A stretch of 64,000 nt of DNA from Lama glama (lineage: Eukaryota). Both the position numbers and the translations under genes were made by a program. Where the stretch lies: assembly GCA_028534125.1 (NCBI GenBank), contig CM052817.1:14200001-14264000 (forward strand), written 5' to 3'. The first letter of the stretch is position 1. Each line of letters starts with the position of its first letter. Shown in pieces: positions 27,977 through 38,749 of this stretch. The notes below the pieces were generated by a model, which saw only the letters and a program-made list of their open reading frames with translations, searched no databases and had not been told where the DNA came from.

Positions 27977-30559
27977 TCTATAAAAGACATTTCAGAAAGC
28001 TGATTAAAAGAAAGTCATTATGAGAGGGGCTATTTTGGATTGGATGGTCAGCAAGCAGCTTCATAAAATGATGTTTGAGCTGAGAATTAAAGTTATCACA
28101 AGCTCTTCAGACTTAGTTTGAGTTTGAGAAGGGAGAACTGTGTCGTGAAACAAACATGCAGCTTGGATTCTGACTAATCTAGTTTTATATCTTAGTCTCG
28201 CCACACCCGAGATTTGGCACCTTAGGATGGCTTCCCCATGGGATGCTCAAGCGGTATAATCTAAGACTCGTAATGTGAGTCAGAAAGGAACACATTAAAT
28301 TATATGGAGAAAGAAACTGATCCTTACTTATAATATCCTCCCACAAATCTATATTTTTGAACAGATATACAGTAAACACTGTGCTAGGTAAAACTGGAGA
28401 ATTAAATACTTTTATGCACTTAGAAGATTCCGATCTATTTGAGATACAAGTCTTAAAACCTGAATCTGTTAAATAATACAGAGTTGATGAGTAATTGAAT
28501 GCTGAACAATAGGAGACAGGCAACTTGGAGTGTGAGAGTTCAAAAAGGAATGAAATAAAAGCACATCAGAAAGTGAAGACAGGTGCTTAACTGTAACAGT
28601 CACTATGTGACTGCTCAGTAAGCCACAGCAGCACTTTTCTGGACAAGGAACAGGACCTTCTGGTGGGCTTTGCTGGTAGTTTCTGCAGCAATTCAGCGTT
28701 TTAGCAAAATTTCCTTCTCCCACAAATAATCCCACAGATCCTCTCTCTCCCAGCCACGTTCTCACCTTCCTTCCCTCTTGCCCAATTCTCTCTCCCTAAT
28801 TTTTTTCAGAGGCACATATTTTAAAGGCCTATTGCCTCATCTGGGTTGCCCTTTGTCCTCGCCTCTCTTTGGCTAAAACCACGAGAGAAAGCTACCCTCT
28901 GCTTTTGGAAACCTTAGCACAAGTTGGCTTGTTGAGTTGACTATTTTGCATTTATTTGCTCCAGGCAGAGGAACATGGGGCAGGAAGGGATCATGAAGAA
29001 ATAGCTCACAAAACCACAAGTTCAGCCTTTAACAACCACTTAATACACTTTAGTTCAATGAATAAATGGCAATTATTGTTATTGAAAACTAACATAATAA
29101 AAGACAAAAGAGTTTAAAAATTGCAGTCATTTATATATGTTACTTTCTAATTATTCCTAATTACTAGGAAGCATATAATGATTAGGTATCCAATTAGCTT
29201 TAGGGAAAATGTATTTAAAAAAAAAAACAGAACATCCTATAGATATTAGATCAGTCATAATGACAAAAGTTACTCATTTGTTGAATGTATGCCAGTCACA
29301 GAAATATGTGGAAGAAAATCCCCATTTTGCTCAGAGCGGCTGGGTGACTTTCACAATTGTAGAATTAAGGACAGAGCTAGAATTCCAATACAAGGCTCCT
29401 AACTCTTTTTCTGTGCAAGGTGTTGCTCTCTGGAAGCATAGCTGGAGGCTGAGCAGAAAGTACAGCTCTCCTGGAACACATTCTCAGAATTGTTTGCCTT
29501 TGTTTTTAATGTCATGTATTTATATTATGGTCATTAAGACTGTGACAAAAGGACACTACAGGAAGCAAAACAGAGCTAGATAGTGAGCCAGACATAAGAC
29601 GCATAAAGAAGGATGTCAAATAATGGAACGCCTTTCACAAGTTTGCTCCTCCACACAAAACTCGGCATAGTCCTCCTCCTCCCATCCCGGCCACTCATTC
29701 AGTTCTCCGACTCATTCTCCCTGAAAATAACAAGTCGCTGGCCCTCCTTAGCCAGTATTATATGTTGATCTGCTATAGAGTCCTTTCACCTTTTTAAAAA
29801 AAAAAAAGTATGAACATGAGCTTCCTGGGAAGAACATCCTGAGACGTTCTGATGGCACGGCAGCACCTCTGTCAGGCAGAAGAAATGGAGACTGTTAGGC
29901 ACAGGCCTACGGTTTGCAGAGACTTGATCAAAACTCGTTTGTTTGTCAAACTGTTTGCCATACACTGCAAAAGACATATATTAATGCTGATTTCAATCAT
30001 GGCCAGATGGATTTTGCTTTTTTCCCACAAGTAAAGGGCAGCTCCTCCGATCCTGGCTCCTTTCCCCCAAACCACATTGTATCCCAATGCTGGAAAAAGA
30101 AGCTTGAAGAGAAAATGTAATTTTTCAAAAGCAGTCCGTCACCAGACTCAGCAAGCACAGGCCACAACCAGATCATCCTGGGTGGCAATGCCACCTACCT
30201 CTACAACAAGCATCACCTTGTTTCCACGTGCCATTTAATGTGACCGTGACATCGCTTCAAAAACAGAGTCCATTTGTTTGAAGGTGTAGGTTTCTTTTCC
30301 TTATAAAGTTTAAGAATCACAGAGAAATTCTGAACAGAAGCTATGTAGTCAAAGTAAAAGATAAACAACGATGGTGAAAGGTGGGGTAGAATGCGGCGCC
30401 CTAGGAGTCACCCCAGGGCTATGAGCAGCCCGCTTGTGCCTCTTTCAGCATCTTTTGAGGGCAAGCAACGTGACCAACGCCAGTAATTCTAAACAAAGAA
30501 AGCCTTGTGAGTGGGAGGGGGTGAATATAAAATAATAAATAGGGTCATGACCATCCTTC

Positions 30560-30937
30560 TCCTGCTTAGAGTAGCTTTCCCACTGGCTTCTAGGATGGGG
30601 TCAGCATGTGGAAACACTAGCAAAAAATCTGAGGTTGGGAAGGAGAGGCCAGCAATTTCCTTTTTCTTTTTTTTTTGCTTGAACTTCCTACTTGTCAGGT
30701 CCCCATGGGTTGGCTGTGTCCCTGGACTAAAGGCCACCTTGCCTGTCAAGCAGCCTTCTGCATACAGGTTCCCTCTCCAGGCTTCAGAAATGGTTCTCAC
30801 CCCTGGCTCCTTCGGCGCTCTCCTGTTACTAGACCTTACCTTACCTCCTCTTGATTTCCTTACCCTTTCCCATGTACGGTCCCTTTATTAAATGATTTTC
30901 CTGAGATCTCCTTCCTGCCAGGAACATAACTGATACA
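30560..30937 (+). mobile_element. ERVL solo LTR (LTR33-like)
   Basis: gggttggctgtgtccctggactaaaggccac...ctcctgttactag...gtccctttattaaa...ttcctgccaggaacataactgataca. Explains ORFs 30489..30800 and 30511..30891. Confidence 0.75.
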
Positions 30938-33900
30938 TATCGCAATCAATGTATAATATCCTCCACTACCTCTGTGCTGTATGGTGAAACGTTGCATATT
31001 TAAATGAAGCACTGATGTGTAACTGTTGAAGTTTCTGCTAAGAAATCGCTGATTACCTTAACCAAATGGGGCAAATACAGCCTCTCCAATGAATATTAGC
31101 TCTTCCCTCGAGACCACATGATTAATTTTGTCAATTAGTCAAGAAATGAGTTTTAAGAGTTTAGCATGACAAAGACATGAAATCAGATCGCCCCTACTTT
31201 GAAGTTCTCACAATGATCAAAACAATCTCCTCTCTGGAAGAGTCTTTAAGCCCTACATGTTCACCTAATATACGAATTATGTGGTAAAGAACATAAAGTA
31301 CAAGGCTATTAAACATTAATGCTCAGATTTTCTTCTGAAATGAAAGAGGCAACCAGGAATCCACACACACAGGTGTTTTGCCCAGTGAGCCTAGGGACCC
31401 TCTAACCAAACTGGGCAGCACTGGCAGGAGCTGAGATTAGGCAAGATGCTGAATCTCTCAAAATAGCCCTTCACTCCTGAATGCAAAGTCAAGTTCATTC
31501 ATCGAGGCCAAAATCATTTTTCTGAGAAAGTTTAAAATGTAAACTCTTCTGGGAAAACCAACGCAATTACATATTCCTTGGTAGTCAAGAATAAACAACA
31601 TCTTTTGCTCTCTTCTTATCTGAGGGCAGGTTTCAACGGGAGAAGCACAAGAAACCTGAGCATAACCTGGTGGCATCTTATGTGCATTTCAATAATGCGC
31701 ATTTTACACAGTGCTGTAAGAAACACGATCTCCCTTTATCAGCCAAGTCTGAATGAATTAAAAAATAAAAATGTAATCAAGAAGAGCATCATTTCAGAGC
31801 TGGCAGGCCAAGTGATTATAAACTGTTCATTCCATTTCACATGGCAGGGCCACGTGAACCGGGAAATAAAAACTCTGGTCATCTTTCGCCAGGATGAAAC
31901 CTGAGTTTCGTGGATTTTTAATGATGCGAGGTCTTCAGGAACACATCTTTTGCATGAAGTGTATCTGCCCTGTGTTTAGATGTGGCAGAGATGAGGGACA
32001 GAAGAGGAGGTCAGAGCAAATGGAAAACGTGGTGGGACGTGTAATCAGGAGGGGAAAGAGGCAGAAAAAAGAACTGCATGGCGTGAGAAACAGGCTTTCT
32101 TAAGTCTCTTATTTTGCTAAGCATCACCCTTTATTTTCTATTCACACTTTAAAAATGCAACATAAAAAGAAATATCTAAATCTTTATATCACCAACTCGT
32201 GAATGGCTTGATCTACACTCACTTCAATACTGATAACACTGGAAGTTAACTCAATGCAAATTTGGGAAACAAATGCTCTCTCTCTCTCTCTCTAAAATTC
32301 TACTCGATGAAACGATGAATGCTAATGTCATGCTTTTAATAATACAATTTTATTAAATCTGAAGTCCTCCAACCCACTAGTTAAACACCAATTCAATGCT
32401 TAACAGAATGTTCTGCTTTGAATTGCTTCCGTTTCCCAGGTGGAGCGCTGAACTTCACCACACCTGTGGCTTGCAGTCTTGAAGTCTGCAACAGAGCTCC
32501 AGGCAACAGCCCCTCAGACATATGTTTTGGGACTAATAGGAAAATGTTCAGGTCTTGATGTTTCAAGAAAACTATGAACAGAGAATTAATAAATGTCTAA
32601 ACAACCTCTCAAAAAGTACCACAAAACATTCCAATACTAAATTTCACACGTAAAGAAGAAACAGTTTAAAATTTGGTATCTGTCACAGCTTTGAGCCTTT
32701 CAAATGGGTCAGTGATTTATATGACAGTGTGTCCTGTAGGTTCCTATAGTTCACAAATTGTCCATCAATAGAATAAGTTTCATACTACTAATGTCATATT
32801 ACAATTTCCATAAAGCATCTCCATTGTTTCAAATGTACAAGAATATATTGGTTACCATGAGCCCCATCTAGATTTGGATAGAATGTGGCACAAGAAGATG
32901 TAGGTCTCAAATTGAGAAGGAATTAGGATAACTGATCCTGTGTTGCATGACACTACATATTGCACATGGTAGCCACTGACTTATTATGTTTGCATATGGA
33001 TTTCTGAGATTTATTATTACCAAAGAATCTTTTAAAATGCTGATATATTTTCATGATACATAAGGCCAATATATGTGTTCGTAAAATCCACTCTTTGAAA
33101 AATGATTTGCCATGAGAAAAATATATAAAAAGTTCCTGGTAAAATGAAGGTATCTTGTTTTATCTGGACAAATCTTTACCACTGAATTTGCACTCTCAAA
33201 CATAAAGATTATTTTAGAAAAATCACTGATTTTAAATTATTTATTTATAAGCAATCCTAGGCATTGCCAAAACTTGTATGAAAAGCTCCCAGAAAAGAAA
33301 ACTGCTTTCCTCTAATGTGTGATAACACTAATAAGACACATCAAAGGGGACTTTGTGCCCATGAAAATTTCTTTGCACTTCAAATCTTCTGTTTGTGTAA
33401 AGCCATGGGCATTTTGGTATCAAATGAAAGGAAACTGCCAGCCATACAGATTATGTGTTTCAGAAATAACCTGTTTTCAAGTGTAAAACAAAATCACTAT
33501 TTCCTTAGATCACATGTTTCATTGAAAAAGTGAAGATAAAGGGCTTGTTGGTAAAATGATAAAACAAAAAACATCATCCAAGGCATATTCATATTGTTTT
33601 AAATTTTTGATAACTACAAAGACATACACTGATTGTTCAGGATTCAATTAGCAGCTGCTTGCATATATCCAACCTTAAGCAAATTTTTTAAACTAATTCA
33701 ACTCTGCTTCCTACTTCTTCATTAATTACTAGCTAAGGGACTTGAAAGTGCTCTAATGAATTTTACATTAGATTCTGCAATATGAACAGTGTATACTATC
33801 ACAGCATCTAGTAAATGCATAAGCTGGCTTTTCCAAGTTACATTTTGAGCAGTTGTAAAGATTCCGGCTGGATTTTTACAACATTTAGCATTAGAGACTG

Positions 33901-35819
33901 AGCCGAAAAGAATTTTTACAAGAAACAAGTTGCTGTAATCACACTTCCCAAGTTATAAATCTATCTACTACTTTATAATACTCTGTCCTATTTCTCAAAG
34001 CCCTTATTTTTCTCTCCTGTGGTTCAACATGAAAAGAAATAATGCATATTTCTAAATATGCATTAAATAAGGCTTAAAATATTTCTGCTATACTAGCTTT
34101 CTGTAAATTTCATATTATAAATTATCTTGCAGTCATTATTAGCAAACCATCACATTTTGGAGTCAATGCTTATGGTTTATGACTTCGAAACTGTTTATCA
34201 TCTCCATAAAATTCTTTGAAATCAGAAGTTTCTGAAAACTATACACAAATAGACTGAGCAAAAAAAAAGGGCAGAGCACTGCACCCAAATCCAGTAAGAA
34301 ATAGGTAGAATCTTAAAATTGCCCTATTAAAGAGGAAAATACAGACTACCATGGAAACCTCATAGAAAGCTTTCTTTTAAAAATATTTCTCTAATTTCAT
34401 AGCAAGATAAAAGATCATCTACTGAGAGTTGCCCAATAAAATATGATATTATAAATGACACACCATCCTTAATTGAATGTTTCATGCAAATATCATATTG
34501 GTATTATTGATCACAATTGACATGATACAGCAAAGTCATATTGGGACTAAGTTTAGAAGTGTAAAAACTGGGTGAAAAATACAATGGAGCTCGTGGTTAA
34601 CAAAAGTCAGATACGGATTCTCAATGATTATTCTTAAAAGCATCAAAAGCCACCACAATTTGCACTGCTTAAAGATTAGCATCTGATAACAGTCCTATTA
34701 ATGTCTTTATTAATACTTAATAATGCTCTAATAAATCATTTGATTTTTACAGTTATTCCCTTCAAGCTGTTTTTCCTAATCTGGTTGTCAACATAATCAT
34801 ATATGCAGTTCTGCTCTTCACCATCAAGAGTTTACTTCCTAAAGAAAATGTCCCTCAAATTCATCTCTCAACCTTGCATCATAGAGTAGAGGTTTCTCTT
34901 CTAACTCTTCTTTCTCATAATTTAGATTGAAGAAGACAAATATAAGTTGAAAGAAATAAAGCTATCAATAATTCACCAGTCAGAATCAAAGTGTAGTATT
35001 ATATCAACCAAGATTTGCCTCTCAGAAGTTTGATAGTCCATTAAAAATGCCTATTATCAGAGTCAAAGTAGTTTTGGTCCCACCTGTCACTATCTTAAAG
35101 ACTGCATTACCTAGGAATTTCACGGGCAGCAAAACTGCTGGTTTAGCCTCATAATTTTGGAACATCTTAAAAATATTTTCTTTCTATCAACACTTAGATT
35201 AAAATAGAGTTTCTATTTCAATTGTGCAAATTGTTAAACATTAAAATCCACTGCAGTGAAACAAATATCAAAGCTCTCATGGACATTATGCTCTTTAGCT
35301 GTTTTCATATTTTGCTCACATTCTGCAAGGAATTCAGAAATCCAAAAGAAATGTTCTTAACTCTTTCACTGTTAAGTTCTAGAATCAAATACTGGAAATA
35401 ATCTATGGATTATAATGATCAAAGAGTTCTAGAGAATTTCTAAATACCTGCAGGAAGAACAGCTTTGTGATTTTCCAGCAAACTGCAGCAAGCAGGAGAG
35501 AGGGGAAAAAAACCCCTCACACAATCATGCATTTTTAAAAAATCTTTCTACTCTGCAGACACTGCCTCCTTCCATTGAGGCACATTTAACAACGGCACTG
35601 CCAAAAAGACATAAAAGATACATCCACAGAATCCAGTTCTCTCCCCAAATTACAGCTGCACTGCACACATTTTTAGAAACGTGGATCTCAGTACACACAA
35701 CTGTATTTTATTGACAACATTAAAAATAAACACGACACAGAAATAGTGAGCCTTTCCTATTCCATTTCAACTTCGGTACTATACTCCACCAGTCTCTATT
35801 AAAAAAAAAAATTCATTAC

Positions 35820-35907
35820 CTGTATGAAGAGAACCTGTTAATAGTCTGAGAAGGTACTGGGCAAATTTCAATATTTCACGTTTACACCGTTTTCTACAGC
35901 CACTCAT
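35820..35907 (-). CDS. KCNIP4: Coding part of an alternative first exon of Kv channel-interacting protein 4 (KChIP4): MSGCRKRCKREILKFAQYLLRLLTGSLHT plus the first base of the next codon
   Basis: Hand translation of the minus strand: ATG at 35907-35905 (context cttaagATGa, A at -3), 29 open codons + G, then donor CAG|GTAATG (GT at 35819-35818). The peptide matches the KChIP4 isoform N-terminus as I recall it (continuing DSVEDELEMATVRHRP in the shared exon, which needs a phase-1 junction, as seen). It parallels the KCNIP1 N-terminus MSGCSKRCKLGFVKFAQTIFKLITGTLSK. Confidence 0.93.
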
Positions 35908-36225
35908 CTTAAGCAACAAGGTATTCCTCTGAGGAGAGCCAGAAGTCTTTGCCAGTAAAAAAAAAAAAAGAAAGAAAAAAAAGACAGTCTCTGAGGGGAA
36001 ACTTCTTTCTCAGTTTGTGTCACAGGCTGCCTTACAACTCCTGTGGAATTAGCTGTTAGTGCCTGAATCAGAAATTCCTTTAAAAAGCTAGACAAGCCGG
36101 ATACAGACAGAACAGTAACAGGGTGCCGAGAAAGGGCTGCGTCTCGGTACGGTCACCAAGTTCTTCTGTGGCAACAGATAGGCTGCCGCTTCACACTTGT
36201 AGTCACCCACTGTGGCTCAGCTCAG
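35908..36225 (-). other. KCNIP4: Probable 5' UTR of the KCNIP4 alternative first exon (exact start site unknown)
   Basis: There is no minus-strand ATG in the 318 nt upstream of the start codon; the next one is at 36228-36226. The stretch has locally raised CpG content and leads into a promoter-like motif cluster. Confidence 0.6.
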
Positions 36226-36380
36226 CATCCCTCCCCAGGAGCGATCGCAACCTCACAGACCATTCAGAGGGAGGCGGGGCCTGCAATGCCAGCTCATCAG
36301 TGAATCAGCATGTAAGCAGGTGAGGGGACAGAAGACAGGTCACTGGGGCTGGAACCTTTTGGATACCAATAAAAGGAGCC
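36226..36380 (-). promoter_or_regulatory. KCNIP4: Putative TATA-less alternative promoter of KCNIP4
   Basis: GC box GAGGCGGGGC 36271-36280, AP-1/ARE-like TGAATCAGCA 36301-36310, E-box CAGGTG 36317-36322 and CCAAT 36366-36370. About 9 CpGs lie in 36098-36280 against a CpG-poor background, directly upstream of the first exon. Confidence 0.55.
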
Positions 36381-37599
36381 TGCTAATGCAATCAAGCCTG
36401 CTGGGGAGGAATCTCAGGAGCCAAGGCTGCACAAAATGATTCCCCCACTCCACTGCCAAAAAAGGCAAGTAGGAAAGCATGCTGTTCAAGGTCAGACACC
36501 AGACAACTCCCTGGTGGTGTTAATCAGACTCAGGAAGCCTAAATGGTGAAAAGGCTCATTTGAGAAACGGACCCTGCTTATAGACAAACAGAGCTGAAGA
36601 TTTACCACCAAACACAGGCAATGCTCTTTTGTCACAGATAAATATATTCCACTTCATGGGCACAGAAGTGGAAAATAAGCTGTTCTCCAAATTTGGCTGT
36701 GTTTTTCTGCACTGTCCAGGTGCAGGTGTTTGCAAGGTAGGGGGGAAAAATTACTGTCTCCTTTAAAATACAGTAGCCTGAAAAACCACAACTCTTAAGC
36801 CCCTATAATTTGCCTCCAGGCAACAGAGCTCCAAAACTAACTTAACCACATTATCCTAAGAGAAAGAGCTGCCTCAGTTTCTTCGTATTTCTAAAAGGCA
36901 AAGTGCAACCTGCAGCTCCTTACCAGTTGACTTATTTTAAGTTAATAGTGAACAACTGAGAGAGTTTGCAATTCTCACAAAGTGCTTTTCTATTAAAGAC
37001 AGAGTTACAGAGGTAGGCAGTTGCTATAAAAGCTAGGAAAATACAGGCTTGCCTTCTCGGAAGGTGCACTTTTAGGCTTATTTTATTTATTTATTTATTT
37101 CCATTCTTGAGTGCCTTGGGCAGTTTCAAGGATTTGTCTCCCTCTAATTTATATTCAGAGTGTTTGTTTATGTATTTGTTTTTGCCTGTTTTGCATATAT
37201 ATATAAACATTACCTCCCAGAGATTTAGTATATATTGATGTACATCCTCCATATTTTAAATATCTAGACAGATCTTTTTTTTTTCTGACAATTATAACAA
37301 TTCTGGTTGGAACGAATATTTCTCAACAACACTATGCGTGGAATGATGTTCTTTTACAATAAAGAAAGAAGCACTCCTGGAATCGTGGACAAACAGATTT
37401 AGCAGCAACTCACTCTTCTCTCTAACCCTCCCAGATTCTCACCAGACTCACTGGTATAATCATCTGAATGGGATAATGGAGCATGCTTTCCAGGAATTTT
37501 TCAGAGCTTTAGTTGAAAGTCTCTGAGATTAAAACAAACAAACAGAAAAGGTTTATACACAAAGGTTAGCAATATATGTTTTAAAGTTCTTGCTCCCAT

Positions 37600-37770
37600 G
37601 CATTTGCTGTGAGTGATGACAACTCTGACTCAGTTCAAAATAGGCAGAAATACACTGGAATAGTTGAGACTGATCATTTGAAAGCCCCACTTTCTTATCT
37701 ATAAAAAGGGTAACAGGACATTTTGTTCCTTTGATGGAAAGTAAAATAAGATATGATGTAGCTGACATTA
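37600..37770 (+). mobile_element. MIR SINE fragment
   Basis: ccccactttcttatctataaaaagggtaacaggac...aaaataagatatgatgta. Confidence 0.55.
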
Positions 37771-37779
37771 AGCACAGCA

Positions 37780-38700
37780 ATTCCATTCATTTATGCAAAA
37801 ATTATGTACTTAGCATTTGTTGTGTTCCATTCAGGGTTCCAGGTCCTGGAGATACAGCAGTAACCAAGAAAGGCAAAGCCCCTGCGTTCATGGAGCCTAC
37901 GTCTCGGATTTGAAAACAATAAATTAGCAGAGTAAATAAGAAAATATCACAGATGAATAAGTGCTATGGAGAGTACTAAAACCAGGTTGATAGAATAGAA
38001 AATGAACAGGTTGAACAGCTAGTGAAAAGACTTCTTAAAAAGACAGTTAATCTGGGATATAAATTACAAGAAGGAGCCAACCATCAACTATGAGATGTTT
38101 GAGGAAAGAGCATGTCGGGCAGAGTGAAAAGCTTGTGCCAACACTCCAAGATGAAAAAGAGCTTGGCATCCTCAAGAAACAGAAAGAAAGGTATGGCTGC
38201 AGAAGTGTACTGAGTCAGGAGAGCTTAAGGAGATGATTTCATAGAGGGAGATGGGGGCTACGAGCCAGGATCTACTAGTATATAGGGCTTTATAGCCAGG
38301 GTGAGGAATCTGGATTTAGTCTGTGTGTACTGCAAAGTCACTCCAGGAAACGAGAAAGTTACATGATCTGTCAGCTATATAAAGGATGAATTGGAGGGGA
38401 GTAAGACTGGAAGAAGGAACACCTATGAGGAACATCACAGAGGAACATCACAGTGATCCAGAAGAGAAATGATGGTGGCATGGCTTGGAGTGGAAAGGAG
38501 ATGTGGTTGGATTTCTGGATATATTTTGAAACAGAATTTGTAGAGTTCGGAATGAGGGAAAGAGAAGAATTAAGAACGACTTAGTTTAGGGTTTGAACAA
38601 TTAGACGAATGAATTGGTAAAACAGCAACACTATGGGTAGACTATGGGAGTTAAGAAAATTAAAAATTCCACTTTGGACATATTAGAATTAAGATATTTT
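37780..38700 (-). mobile_element. L2 LINE fragment (L2a-like)
   Basis: cattcatttatgcaaaaattatgtacttagc...ggagatacagcagtaaccaagaaaggcaaagcccctgcgttcatggagc...ggatttctggatatattttgaa. Confidence 0.85.
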
Positions 38701-38749
38701 AATGTATTCAAAATTCAAGATATATATATTTTAAGTAATTCATTTAAAA

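Larger units (their letters stand above)
27535..28090 (-). mobile_element. L2 fragment interrupted by a camelid SINE and MER94
   Basis: ccaataactacttagtaaacatttactgtgcactagg...gaacaaaacaaacatgatcc...gatgtttgagctgagaattaaag. Confidence 0.6.
1..35819 (-). other. KCNIP4: KCNIP4 intron downstream of the alternative first exon (continues beyond the window)
   Basis: Begins with the GT donor at 35819. No shared KChIP4 core (EF-hand) exon was seen in the window, consistent with the very long first introns known for KCNIP4. Confidence 0.8.

Noticed and set aside
35904..36095. 63-aa upstream ORF whose TGA overlaps the KCNIP4 ATG (ATGA)
   Set aside because: It starts at TTG, not ATG, and runs through a poly-T tract. 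No evidence of translation.
32488..36833. Shared 14-mer gcaacagagctcca at 32488-32501 and 36820-36833, on either side of the exon
   Set aside because: A few 14-mer repeats are expected by chance in 64 kb, and there is no extended homology.
38427..38452. 13-bp tandem duplication gaggaacatcaca x2
   Set aside because: Ordinary slippage duplication inside an L2 fossil.
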